Source: Chiloscyllium plagiosum (lineage: Eukaryota). From it: a stretch of 64,000 bases of DNA. A program made the position numbers and the translations under genes. The DNA lies in contig NC_057718.1 in NCBI RefSeq assembly GCF_004010195.1, positions 58,247,704 through 58,311,703 on the forward strand, read 5' to 3'. The notes under the pieces are model-generated. The model was not told where the DNA came from. It did not search any database and saw only the letters and a list, made by a program, of their open reading frames with translations. This document shows positions 1 to 11,434 of the stretch, piece by piece; the first letter of the stretch is position 1; every line of letters starts with the position of its first letter.

Positions 1-115
1 AGTGGGGAGTGAAGACAGGGGGTGAAGAGAGGGAGGGAGTGAAGAGAGGAGTAAGAAGATTGCGGTGGGTGAAGAAAGCAGGTTGAAGAATGGGGGTTGT
101 GAAGAGCGAGGGGTT
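1..115. repeat. Purine-rich low-complexity repeat (GGGAGTGAAGA-like units), cut by the window edge
   Basis: GTGAAGA/GGAG motifs recur several times at roughly 13-17 bp spacing. Confidence 0.6.
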
Positions 116-164
116 TAAAATATTCCTTTATAGTTTATATTCAAGCCACTTCACCTAGGTTACT

Positions 165-349
165 GAAATAAGAACAAAAATGTCATGATAGTTTTCAGCA
201 TTTCAGGCAGCAACAGATCAAAGGTCATTGATCTGAAAAATGAACTGTCTATTGTTCCACAGACGTGGATCAGGTGCTACCTGACCTACTGAGCATTTCC
301 AGCGTTTTCAGTTTTCCGATTTCTAAAATCTGCTGGGTTTTGCTTTTGC
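165..349 (+). mobile_element. Old PLE terminal-repeat derivative (short inverted arm, sense arm, tail) with a decayed hammerhead
   Basis: ctacctgacctactgagcatttccagc resembles the arms at 16273 and 40205; aaggtcattgatctgaaa is a helix II + GAAA remnant; a partial inverted arm (tcaggcagca) lies upstream. Confidence 0.6.
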
Positions 350-480
350 ATTTGTTAATTCATTACTATTTATTTCTCTTGAGGAACTGATTGGCTTGAA
401 GTTTGCTTTTCTCATCATTAGTCTTTTCCACCTTGTTCATTTTTTTTGTTTTATATTTCCCTTTCCCTTGACAACAGTTG

Positions 481-790
481 GAGTCATAGAGTCATACAGC
501 AGAGGAACAGGCCCTTCAGCCCAATTCATCCATACGAAGCAGGCTTCCTAAACCAAACTAGTCCCATTTACAGTATTTGGCCCATATCCCTCTAACTCTT
601 TCCTATCTATGTACCTGTTTAAATAATGTAATTGTAGCCACCTCAACCACTTCCTTTGGCAGCTTGCTCCATAAACACACCACCCACTGTGCAAAAACGT
701 TGTCCCTCAGATGCTTTTAAAAACTTTTCCCTCTCATCTCAAACCTTGCCCTGTAGATTTGGATTCCCCTACCCTGGTGAAAATACCTTT
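481..790 (-). mobile_element. CR1/HER1-like LINE 3' end
   Basis: Reverse complement of the (CTATGACT)n tail (gagtcatagagtcata) followed by the 3' UTR also seen at 6787, 43526 and 53367. Confidence 0.85.
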
Positions 791-795
791 GCAAC

Positions 796-920
796 TTCTG
801 ATGGAAGGTCATTGACATGAAATTGGTTTTTCTCCAAATATGCTGTCTGATTGAGTGTTTCCAACATTTTAATTTCTTTTTTATTTCAGATTTCCAGCAT
901 CTGCAGTAGTTTGCTTTTGT
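796..920 (+). mobile_element. Degenerate PLE terminal repeat with hammerhead remnant and tail
   Basis: ctgatggaaggtcattgacatgaaa, then the tail tcagatttccagcatctgcagtag. Confidence 0.6.
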
Positions 921-1380
921 ATTCACTGTCCTCTAGATTATTGTTAACATTTGTACATGTAAGTGAATGTTTGCTCCTTAAACCTTTCAAAAATCTAACA
1001 CTTTTCAAATAAAACGTAGCTCACTCAGCATCCATGATACTTGGTCCTCTAGCTGGAATACACTTGTTCAGGTGACTTGAGGTCTATCCTCATTTTCTAG
1101 GCTGGATCTTATCCAGGGTGTGGCAATGCTGATTCTCATTCATGGGATAAACTAGACAAACTCAGATGTGCAATATGACAAGAGAGCATTTTTAACCAGC
1201 ATACCTTACACACTGGATCACACCAGACTGCTTTGTGGCTCCAAAATAGAAAACTGTACCCTTCTCAGTATGAAGTTGTCTTTTGCCAGGAGGAATTCTG
1301 GTGAAATTATATTCTTCCAAAGTGGTCTCAAACTAAACCTTATGAAGAGCTGTATGAAGCATAGCACTATAGTGACGAGA

Positions 1381-1559
1381 CAAAAACAGGTAATGTGTAG
1401 TTAATGAACATAACAAACAGTTCTCAGTAAGGGTCGATGGATCTAAAACTCTAACTCTGATTTCTCTCTTCAGATGCTGTCAGACCAGCTGAGCTTTTCC
1501 AGCAATTTCTGTTTTTTGTTTCTGATTTCCAGCATCTGTGGTCCTTTCAGTTTGTATTT
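1381..1559 (+). mobile_element. PLE terminal-repeat insertion with 15-bp TSD
   Basis: Flanked by actatagtgacgaga (1366-1380) and actatagtgatgaga (1560-1574); contains gctgagcttttccagcaatttctg and the tail ctgatttccagcatctg. Confidence 0.75.
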
Positions 1560-2589
1560 ACTATAGTGATGAGATTCTGGATATGTCATGATATTAGAGC
1601 TGACAGGTTTCAGACTTGTTTTAGTAAGAATATTCAAACTGCCTAATTAAGGATTCATACATCAACTTTACAGAAATATAATTTTAAAGCATGGAATTTC
1701 TGAGAATGTCATTCTGAATGTGGGTCCTTGGGAATTATGGAGAAAAAATATATAATCCCATTTTTCATTAAATTGAGTTTCACTACTGGAAGATTTTAAA
1801 GCCTGTTGCGTAGAGGATGTGCTTTTTGATTACTTTATGTTTTTTGCTCTGCTTGGGAATTGGGAGATTTGGAGAATGGACAGGGAGGTAGAGTCAAGGC
1901 CAAGGATCAGCTCTGATCATTTTGAATGGCAGCTGTATGATCTATTTCTACTCCTAATGTTGTGAGGTGACAAACAGTAGATATATCACCATGGTGTGCA
2001 CTGCAAAAGAACATCTCTACAGGATAATGATAATGCATTTGTGAATGTTCAGGTTCTCATTATTGTTTACATGCATTTTATACATGTGTGTTTAATCATT
2101 TTTTTACTGATCTTCCCTCTTGGTGACCCTTCAAGTACTTGCTGAGCTTCTGCTTATTTCTTTAGACTTCTTGTGCCCAGTAAAAGATCACCTTTTTAAC
2201 AGAATCTATAGTACCATTACGACCCTGTTCAGAATGATGATGAAAATGTATTTAGCAGAAATTTTTTTTAAGGCATATAGGGAGGATTTGTTTGTGAAGT
2301 GGAGCAAATTTAGGTACCTGATTAATCCTAAAAGTAACCTAAAGTGGATTTTCTGAAATCATGCTGCCTGCTATTTCCCTTTTGCAGGTATAGTTTGGAG
2401 ATGTGGGTGAATCTCCCATGCTACTGATGGGCAACTAATTGAAACATTCAAATTGATCATTAGGTACCGTTTTCACCATGCATTCTTACTTTACCAGTGA
2501 ACTGACCTATTTCCCAAGCTGCCAGCTATTCACCAGGGTCACCGAGATGTCTGCATAAAGAGGATTGCACCTTCAGAGAAACTGACATG

Positions 2590-2800
2590 CTGGGAGAGCT
2601 TTAATCAGGTTTGGAATGACATCACTGTTCCTTTGCTATGGCTGGGTCAAAGTTCAGGAAATCCCTTTCCATCAATATCATGGGTCTATCTACACCACAT
2701 GCAGAGCAAGTCAAGAGGCGAGTCCACCGCCACTTTCTCCAGGGCCATGAGGAATGGGAAATAAATGGTGGCCGAGCCAATGCTGTTCACATCCCATAGC
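2590..2800 (+). mobile_element. 3' end of a LINE, probably the family at 23390-24945
   Basis: gctgggtcaaag...ccactttctccagggccatgaggaatgggaaataaat resembles the tail gggcaattagggatgggcaa of the SINE at 39565. Confidence 0.5.
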
Positions 2801-3059
2801 AGTCACGTCACCTGTCTTTACCTTCACGGAGTGGCAGTGGCACTTCCTTGCTGCCAGGCTTGCCAATAATATGGGAGTAGTTTGTGCAGCTCAACCTTGG
2901 GCTTCTGAAGAGGAGCAAGAGGAGTATCAGCACCAGAAGCACCAGCATTAGCAGAAGTATGAACCTCAGTTGCCTCAGATGCTCAGGTTTATATATTAAG
3001 TTGTTGTGGTCATTCGCAGTCCCAGGGAACACTGGGCTCGAAGACCTTACATTTCCTGT

Positions 3060-3134
3060 ATCGCTGCTTTTATGACCTCTCTGAAAGGAAAGCCAAGGAC
3101 AGCATAACCTTGTTAAATGAGCAGCTTCATCACA
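3060..3134 (-). repeat. Truncated 3' LTR of the gypsy element
   Basis: Matches about 8667-8738; starts with TG on the minus strand right after the G-rich PPT. Confidence 0.85.
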
Positions 3135-3150
3135 CCTCCCCCCCCCTAAA
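3135..3150 (-). promoter_or_regulatory. Polypurine tract of the gypsy element
   Basis: Minus strand reads a G-run ending in GAGG immediately before the LTR TG. Confidence 0.8.
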
Positions 3151-3312
3151 AAAAGATGAACTATCAATATCCAAAGACTGCTTCATGTTAAAAGCCCTTA
3201 ATCTTAATTGTTAATACTCTATAATATGCACATATGTTACATTGACTATAAACATGCACTACTACATTCCGTTTCAGTCTGTTTTACTCCTGCTACTGAA
3301 TGCCTATGTTTT

Positions 3313-3735
3313 TCATTCGAGTCTTAACAATATGTCAGTAATCACATTTTCTCGTCCTGTCACGTGCACAATTTTCACATTGAATGGCTGTAACAACAAG
3401 CTCCATCTAAACAGTCTGGCATTTTTGTCCTGAAGTTTCTCCACAAGCGTCAATGGGTTATGATCAGCGTACATGATTGTCTCAGATATGTTACTCATAA
3501 CAGAAACATTGCAATGTTGTAACGGCAACACCAAGCTCAAAGTCTCCTCCTCAACTATTGAATATTTCTGCTGATGAATGTTCAATTTCCTGGAGAAATA
3601 CCCGAAAGGTCTTTCTACCATTTTGTCGTCTTCCTGCAAGAGTACAGCACCGACATCCACGCCACTTGCATCAACAGCCACCTTGAATAGCTTTGCATAA
3701 TCAGGTGTGGCTAATATTGGGGCAGTGGTTAACAC
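3313..3735 (-). pseudogene. Gypsy pol RNase H domain
   Basis: LFKVAVDASGVDVGAVLLQ...YFSRKLN..QQKYS..EEETL...ADHNPL...RLFRWSLLLQPFNVKIVHVTGRENV. Confidence 0.92.
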
Positions 3736-4620
3736 AGCTTTCAGACTGTCAAATGCCTTCTGACAGTCCTCTGTCTACTGAAACTTCTTGCCTTTCTTTA
3801 ACAATTCAATGAGTGGAGTAGCCATACTGCTAAAATTTGGCATGCATTTTTGATAAAATTCACTCAATTCTGGGAACCGTAGTACTGCTCTTATTGTTGA
3901 TGGTATGGGTAACTCCCCAATTAACTTTGTTCTTGCATCCTATGGGGCCATTTATCCATATCCAATAACACGGTCCAGGAAGGTGACTTCGGCTTTGGCA
4001 AATTCACTTTTAGCCAGGTTTATCACCAAGCCGACCTCCTGAAGTCGAATGAGCAAGTCTGATAAATGTTGCATATGTTCCTCCCATGTGTGACTCAAAA
4101 ATCACCAGGTCATCTATATAGAGACACAATTGGATAATTGAACAGTGACCTGACTGGTTAATCTCTGAAATGTGATTGGCGCATTTTTCATACCAAATGG
4201 CATGACTTTAAACTGATCCAGTACATTCGGTGTTACGAAAGCTGAAATTGCCTTCACTGTTTCTGACAAAGGTACCTTCTGGTATCCTCCAACTTAGAAA
4301 TATATGTTGCTTGTCCCACCCTCTCAACACAATCTTCCAAACACAGAATCGGATATACATCAGACTTTGTAACTACATTGATTTTGCGATTAGTCCACAC
4401 ATAACCGTTGGATACCATCTGGTTTTGGCATTATTATTGTGGGTGAGCTCCAGTCACTATAACTCATTTTGATTATATCATCTTGGAGGATACATTCAAT
4501 CTTCTTTGGAATCTGTGCCAACTTTAGAAAGTTATGCCAATAAAGATGTTGCATAATCGGAACAGCATCTTCTATATCTACATCATGCATAATTAGGTTA
4601 GTACTTCCCAGTTTATTTCC
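3736..4620 (-). pseudogene. Gypsy pol reverse transcriptase domain (disrupted)
   Basis: Minus-strand SDWSSP...KPDG..RLCVD (4390-4450), MPFGMKNAPITFQR (about 4161-4203), CLYIDDLVIF (about 4098-4127). Confidence 0.92.
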
Positions 4621-4784
4621 ACATATTTCCCCATGTGATAGTAATAACTCTTTCGGGTCATTTCAATTTTCCTCTGGAAGTTACCTCAACTATTTATCCC
4701 AATTTTTGACAAGTTCCTCATTCTTCAATTTAATTTGACGGCAGTTGATTTCAGAATCTTCTGAACTTGGTTCTTCATTTTGTG

Positions 4785-6110
4785 TCATAACCAATAACAC
4801 ATTCTCCTTTGTCCTTCCTTCCCTGTCAAATACCATTTGAGCATATTCGCATGACACACTCTGTGAGATTTCTTTCTGTCTGGAGTCCCTATCAAATAGT
4901 TCACTTCACTCAATTTCCTTTCCACTTGATTAGGTCCACTAAAACTTGCTTTTAAAAGATCACCTATCACTGGAAGTAACACTAACACCTTATCTACGAT
5001 AGCAAAATTGCAAATTTTTGATTGTTTGTCTGTTTCCTGTTTCATTGTATTCTGTAATACTTTTAAATGCTGTCTAGCCAATTCTCCCCATTCAATTTAC
5101 TCATTCCCATAAATTTGACACATAGTCCAAATATGTGGTCTCTAAATTCTGACTTACCGAGTTCTCCTTAATCAATTTTAGTGGTCCTCTCACATCATGC
5201 CCAAAAACTAATTCCAATGGACTGAATTTGGTCGATTCAGTTGGTGCATCTCTGATTGTAAAAAGCACAAATGGAATTCCCTTACCCCATTCATCTGGAT
5301 AGCCTTTACTATGAGCTCTCAACATGGTCTTTAATATCTGATGCCACCTTTCTAGTGCTCCTCTGGATGGTACACAGTAGATTTGACTTGTTTATTCCTA
5401 AACTGTCCATAACTTCCTTGAATAATTTTGATGTGAAGTTAACCCTTGATTTATCGGTAGTCTGATTCTAGTGAAAACTTTGAGTAATTCCTTGACCATC
5501 CTTTCAGCTGTGATATTGTGTAATGGACTGGCTTCTGAAAATTTAGTCGATACTTACATTATTGTTAACAAATACTGATTCCTAACAAATACTGATTCCT
5601 ACTGTTTTTTAAGGTAGGGGTCCTACTCAATCAATTAAGACCTTTGTAAAAGGTTCCTCAAATGCAGGAATGGATATTGTACAGTCTAGTGCAGCTTACT
5701 GGCCTCCACTGTGCTTTTTGTTACCACTCCAACAAAATTCAATGGTTTATCCTGTTTTCCTACATCTGGCTTTCCAGTGCTTCTCCGAACCCATCAACAC
5801 TGATTTCATGTGGCTGGTTTTATTACTGCCCGTGGTTTTCCAATTACATGACAAGTATGACAAGTCTGGCAAAAGTCAACTACATCCTTGTGTAGTCCAG
5901 GCCAGTAAAAATATTTTTATATTTTAGCTTGCGTTTTTCTCACTCCTAAATGACTCCCTAGTGGTAGCTTGTGCACTACTCGCAACATCTCCTTTCTATA
6001 ACCCACTGGCAATATGACTTAATGAACTTCTGCCCATTTCTCATCTGCCTAAATACGTGATGGTCTCCATTTCCTCATTAAGGCATTATTTTTAAGATAA
6101 TAACATTCAG
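4785..6110 (-). pseudogene. Gypsy integrase (disrupted), located upstream of RT
   Basis: FCQTCHTCHVIGKP zinc-finger half (about 5830-5875); ESTKFSPLELVFGHDVRGPL; C-terminal GPY/F-like FSGPNQV...LSEVNYLI...VCHANMLK. Confidence 0.88.
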
Positions 6111-6455
6111 GGTTACATTCGGATTATTTTCTGTGTATGCCTTTTGATACAATTGGTTTAAATTTTCATCTTACTGCTGTAACTCAGTTAATTTATCGGA
6201 GCTAAAGAGGTCTGCTTTGTCATCTATCTGCTCCTGGTTTGTGTCAACCATCTGATCAAACAAGGTCTCTGCTAATTCCACTTCAACTTTCTTATCTGTA
6301 TTCTTTGATCACTCCTGTTTCAACTGGTGACTTTGTGATCTTGTTATCACACAGTCCAGAAAGATTTCCAGGATGTGTGTCCTGCAATAGTTCAGTTACC
6401 TGAAGTTCCACTGGCTTTTCAACCACAATAGGCAGCACTCCTATCTGTGTACCAG

Positions 6456-6776
6456 CTAATGTGTATCATTAGCAAGGACAAGTTGTATTCCTGGAGCTGA
6501 GAGTTTGTTCAGTACTCCTACCATGACTTCTCCGCTCTTCACTGGACACTCTAACCTCACTTTACATAATTGAGTGCTTTTTGTCTCACTGTGAATTCCT
6601 GTTACGAACACTTTTTCTAACAATAGTCCTTCAGAGGTACATACCTCCTCATCTTTCAACATCACAGATTGACAGGATCCTGTAATTCTTAATATTGTGA
6701 TCTGTTTACCTGCTGCTCCTGGCCTATGTGAGTTAACTTTACCTTCACATGTATATGGTTTAAGAAGATCTGACAC
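6456..6776 (-). pseudogene. Gypsy aspartic protease remnant
   Basis: ITILRITGSCQS is a mutated ILRDTG active site; the C-terminal LVLAND matches the ILGND motif. Confidence 0.75.
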
Positions 6777-6786
6777 TTCTTTCTTA

Positions 6787-7185
6787 GAGTCATAGAGTCA
6801 TAAAGATATACTGCACAGAAGCACACCCTTCTGTCCAAAACATCCATGCTGACCAGATATCCCAACCCAATCTGGTCCCACTTGCCAGCACCCGGCCCAT
6901 ATCCCTCCAAGACCTTCCCATTCATATACCCATCCAGATGCCTTTTAAATATTGCAATTGTACTAACTCCACCAGTTCCCCATGCAGCCCAATCCACACA
7001 TGCACCACCCTCTGCATGAAAAAGTTGCCCATTAGGTCTCTTTTTTATATTTCCCCTCTCACCCTAAACCTATGCTGTCTCATTCAGGACTCCCCCACCC
7101 AGGGAAAAGACCTTGGCTATTTATCCTATCCATGCTCCTCGTGATTTTATAAACCTCTGTAAGGTCACCTCTCAACCTCCGATGC
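6787..7185 (-). mobile_element. CR1/HER1-like LINE 3' fragment nested in the gypsy element, TSD TTCTTA
   Basis: RRLRGDLTEVYKI CR1 ORF2 C-terminus, tail repeat, ttctta at 6781-6786 and 7186-7191. Confidence 0.9.
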
Positions 7186-7199
7186 TTCTTAACCAGCCT

Positions 7200-7990
7200 C
7201 TGACCAGCTTGTACATTCTGGTGCAGCTTTCTAACCTCCACTGTGCTTTTTGTTACCACTCCAACAAAATTCACTGGCTTATCCTGTTTTCCTACATCTG
7301 GCTTCCCAGTGCTTTTCCCAACCCATCAACACTGTGATTTCATGTGGTCTACTTTATTGATGTTAAACACAAAAACCTTTTTACTTCTCTTTCCCCTTCA
7401 AGGGTTTCCTTTTTATCCAGTGATGTAATCCTTATGACCGTCACCAAGATCTACCTTTCCACGTGAGGATTTCTCTTTTCCCTAGTTTCAATCCCTCACG
7501 GATTGAAATTGATTTTGGAAGCCACACTTTCCTAATGGACCAACTCATAAACATCAGCCATTTCAGCTGCTAACCCCTGCTATTTTAAATCTCAGCACTT
7601 CCACATGAGTTTTGCACAACTTCAGGAAGTGAATTTTTGAACTCCTGTCTAAGTGCCAATTTCTGAAGTTCAACCTCCCCCCTTTCTCCTTTTTTCTCTC
7701 TTCTCCTTTTAATCGTAATTCAAACTGATTCATTTCTCTTGCCCTCTCCTTATCTTTTGCCTCTAACTGAAGCTGCTTCATTTTCTATTGAATTTTAGTC
7801 ATCTCTAAACATTCAGATGGGCACTTCCAGCAAATTTAAATGCTGAACTATTGCTGTAATTATCTCTCCTTTCCTCATGGGAGGAGGCAGCTCCAACTCC
7901 AGCTTGACTGCTAATTCCAGAAACTTGGCCTTAATGACCTTTTGGAATGTCACTTCTAACCACCTGCAGAAAACTCTTGATTACCAAAAG
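7200..7990 (-). pseudogene. Gypsy gag remnant (coiled-coil region and decayed CCHC knuckle)
   Basis: MKQLQLEAKDKERAREMNQFELRLKGEE; NKVDHMKSQC knuckle remnant at about 7330-7360; lies between the PBS and the protease. Confidence 0.7.
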
Positions 7991-8111
7991 AGCAATCCCA
8001 AGAACTGTTTAAACCAACCAAAATCAACACCCGGAACAAAAGACACTAACACCTACCACTCGCTGCCTTTGAGGGCAGCAACCCTGATCTCAAATTGGAA
8101 CGATAGAACAA

Positions 8112-8131
8112 ATCCTGCAAAGAGCCCTCAA
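8112..8131 (-). promoter_or_regulatory. Degenerate primer-binding site, tRNA-Pro-like
   Basis: Minus strand ttgagggctctttgcaggat just after the LTR end resembles TGGGGGCTCGTCCGGGAT. Confidence 0.55.
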
Positions 8132-8133
8132 TC

Positions 8134-8738
8134 TGTTGTGGACCAGACTATTGTTGTAAGCATGTGTAACACGGATATTTTGGGATGGATGGAGCTGGTC
8201 AAACCATTTAGTTTTAAACAAAACAGAGTTTACTTACAAGATTACCAATTGAAACACAAAAGAGAACAGAATACAGAATAACTTTACCTATCCGAAAACC
8301 CAACTGATTATCCAAACTTAACGCTGCTATTCCCAATTCTTGCAACGATCCCCATAAATACCCTTTGGCACAAAAGGTAAAGTCAAACATAGGGTCTTAC
8401 AGGAGAGAGAGAGACGTGGCAGCATGGAACACCCTCTTCCATGAAACTGTTCCTTAGACTGGCAGCCTCAAACTGCCTGACTGCTTTCAGTGAATAGCCA
8501 GACTGCTGAAGACCAAATTAAACCAGAGACAAGCTGAGCTGAGAGAACTGGCCTCTTTCATTGTATAAGTGTTTTCTTTAAAACTTAAAAGCCTTTTTTC
8601 TGAGGCAGTATCTGTTAGCTATAATCAAATTGGCCCCAAAACCCATTCAAACCAGAGTTTTCAGAATCACTGCTTTTATGTTTCTCTGAAAAAAAGCCAA
8701 GGACAGCATAACCTTGTTAAATGAGCAGCATCTTCACA
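8134..8738 (-). repeat. 5' LTR of the gypsy element (about 605 bp)
   Basis: Bounded by TG...CA, adjacent to the PBS; the terminal ~70 bp are repeated at 3060-3134. Confidence 0.85.
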
Positions 8739-9659
8739 ATATATTGTGTGATAAATAAGACATTTTTATGCAGAACATCTGAATTCTGTGGAGACAACAA
8801 TACTCTTGCATGCTATGTGTATGGTTCCATTTTATGATTCTTGTCAGTGGGTTTTAAGGCAGGGTTTTGTATAATACAATGCCTGGCCTGCCTACTTGGA
8901 GCTTACCCATGAACTCTAATCCTTCTCTCATTTTATGGAGGCAGTGGCGACATCAGCTGGCCCAGCTACCCTCAGGTTTTCTGAGATCCTTAAGTAATCA
9001 ATGAGTGGCCACTTAAATGCCCTTCCTAACTCTGTCACAATTATTACCCACAGCGGGGAGGCTCCACACTAAGCAGGTAGCCGACAGCTTTTATTGGTGA
9101 GCTGGTGTCTGAAAAGGGGAGATTTCCTTTGGAGCTCCCCATAACATTATTACTCATTTTAACTGCAAACCCCCAGCCTCTCCTCGAACAGATATCCCAG
9201 CCAGGCTCTGCTGCTATTCCAGATTTACAGTCAATCCAGCTTCCATTAGTTCCTCTTCTTTAGGGATGTCTTGCTAGAATGGCCACTGTTTGAACATGAC
9301 GCAGCCAGGACTAAGAGCTGACTACTTTTTAAGGCCAATTTTCTTAGCACCTCACTAAACAATAAATGACTGTTGGACAGCCTGTGTTGGAGTTCCCTGT
9401 TGACTCTTCAACTGACTGATGAGCAGAAGCTCTTCATTTGAAAAGTTCTGTCCAACAATACTGTGGAACTAATTTGCACTTACTCGACTTTGAAATAACA
9501 CTTATGAAATATAACTGGAAACTGGCAGAAGTGGGAGTTAGCATCAAATCAGTGAACATACTGCTGGTTTCCACCTCATCAGCATCTTCCCCTACATGCT
9601 CCATAATTGTTTGAGGCACCTTTGATTTGGTCGGAACCTCATGAATGTAACAAAGAATT

Positions 9660-10280
9660 GTACAGAATATAGAACACAATTGAAACATGTAGCACAACTT
9701 GTTAGTGCTGGCATGTGTACATCCATCTGCCTCAGTCTACCAATGTATCTTTCAGTTCTGTTCCTACTTGTGTACTCATCTAATTTTCTTTTTGAAAGCA
9801 TCTAAGCAATTTCCCTCAATCACTTCTTATTAAAGTTGTATGTTCAAACCACCTTATGAATAAATAAATTATATTTTAGTTCCCTTTTGGATTTATTCGT
9901 GACTACCTGCGCTTTTGGGCCATTAGTTTTCGTTTCACCCACAATGGAAACATTTTCTCCACATTTATTCAGTCCAACACATTGATAATTTTCGAGATTT
10001 TTATCAGACCATCAATAATTAGCTCTTTCGATCTTTCTCCAAAGCTGTAATGTGTTGATCCTTGTACAATCCTTGTAAATCTATTTTGCACTTGTTCCAA
10101 TGCTTTTTTGTCTCCATCATATAATGGAGATCCAACTTGTGCACAATACACAATGGATGGTCTGCCCTGGGTCCTGTACAAGTTCAATATCAATTTGTTA
10201 CTTTCAAACTTTATAGCCGTAGAAATAAACCATTGCTTTTTGCCCATTTTAAATTGCTTTGCTGGCCTGCAGTATTGCTC
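9660..10280 (-). mobile_element. Old CR1-like LINE 3' fragment
   Basis: LILNLYRTQGRPSIVYCAQVGSP...ALEQVQNRFTRIV matches the CR1 ORF2 C-terminus. Confidence 0.75.
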
Positions 10281-10771
10281 TTAATTGTTTGTCCTTTTCT
10301 GAAATGTCGGTAATGCACTAATTAATATATATCATCCATGTTAAATATCATTTACCACTTAATTGCCAAGCCTTTGCAGTTTCAGGAGAATCAGGTCTGT
10401 TAAACAGGTCTATGTGGTACCCACACTCCCTTCAACATTCTGTATCATTCATTTTACTTGAAGTTAGTTCAAGTAACCAATATCTTTGTGAATTTGATAA
10501 TTTCCTGCCGAGAAAGTAAAGATGATTTAACCAACCAGCTTCATTTAAGTGCTGCCAGTTAACCTTCCATCCACAATCAGTTTAAGTAGGCAAAAAACAG
10601 GCAGCCAAGAATCATATGCTGAACTGTGGAGAAGATGGGCCTTTTTGGAAGCTCTGCCTAAAGGAAAATGCATGTTGAAGTAGTCTGGGAGATGTGAGGA
10701 CTTTCATAGGATCTGTTCTCTTCCTCCTATAAAGCAAAGCCTCTGACTTACCTGAAGCATCCCTAAGAAAT

Positions 10772-11434
10772 AGAAACATAAACAGAAATTGCTGGAAAAG
10801 CTCAGCAGATCTGGCAGCACCTACAGAAATCAGAGATAACACTTTGGGTCCGGTGACCCTTCCTCAGAACTGATGGTAACTCGGAAAAATTTGTTTTTTC
10901 ATGCAGAAGATAGGGGATAAGAGGGTAACAATAGATGGAAATACAGCTCAAAGAGAGAGAAGGACAGTTGGACAGACAAAGGAGTAGATAACGGTCAGCC
11001 TAGGCAAATGAATAGCTATTAATGGGGGACTATTAGTGACTAACAATGGATTGGCTGTAATAACAAACCATGTGATAGCAAGGCCTGGTGTGTGGACGTT
11101 GGTGTAAGTACATGGGAAAAGATGCCTCAAACCCTAAAATTGTTGAACTCGATATTGAGTCCAGGAGGTGTAGAGTTCACAGGCGGAAAATGAGGTGCTG
11201 TTCTTTCAGCTTGCACTGAGCTTTGCTGGAATACTGCAGCAAGCCTGAGACAGAGATGTTGGCTGAAGAACAAGGCGATGTGTTAAGGTGATAGGACACG
11301 GAAAGCTTAGGGTCTTTTTTGCGGGCAGAATATAAGTGTTGTGTGAAGTGGTCACCCAGCCTATGCTTCATTTCCCCAAAATAGAGGAGACCACATTTTG
11401 AGCAGTGAAGGCAGTAAACTGGATTGAAATACAT
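10772..11434 (-). mobile_element. Penelope-like element 3' end: GIY-YIG endonuclease remnant, UTR and terminal repeat with decayed hammerhead
   Basis: VYCLHCSKCGLLYFGEMKHRLGDHF...KLKEQHLIFRL, then a frameshifted GLNIEFNNFR; minus-strand CTGAGGAagggtcaccggaccc at about 10845-10867. Confidence 0.9.

Larger units (their letters stand above)
3060..8738 (-). mobile_element. Degraded Gmr1-like Ty3/gypsy LTR retrotransposon (gag-PR-INT-RT-RH order)
   Basis: Direct-repeat LTR segments aaagccaaggacagcataaccttgttaaatgagcagc at about 3090 and 8695; PPT at 3135-3150; PBS-like sequence at 8112-8131; PR, INT, RT (YIDD) and RNase H motifs on the minus strand with stops and frameshifts. Confidence 0.93.

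Noticed and set aside
2808..3167. 119-aa ORF with a Leu-rich membrane-like stretch
   Set aside because: It spans the gypsy LTR/PPT junction, and the hydrophobic run is the antisense of a CAG/GAG-rich low-complexity patch
5566..5601. 17-bp tandem duplication inside integrase
   Set aside because: An ordinary slippage mutation in a dead element
7877..8281. 134-aa plus-strand ORF
   Set aside because: Antisense to the gag leader and crossing into the LTR; no recognisable motif
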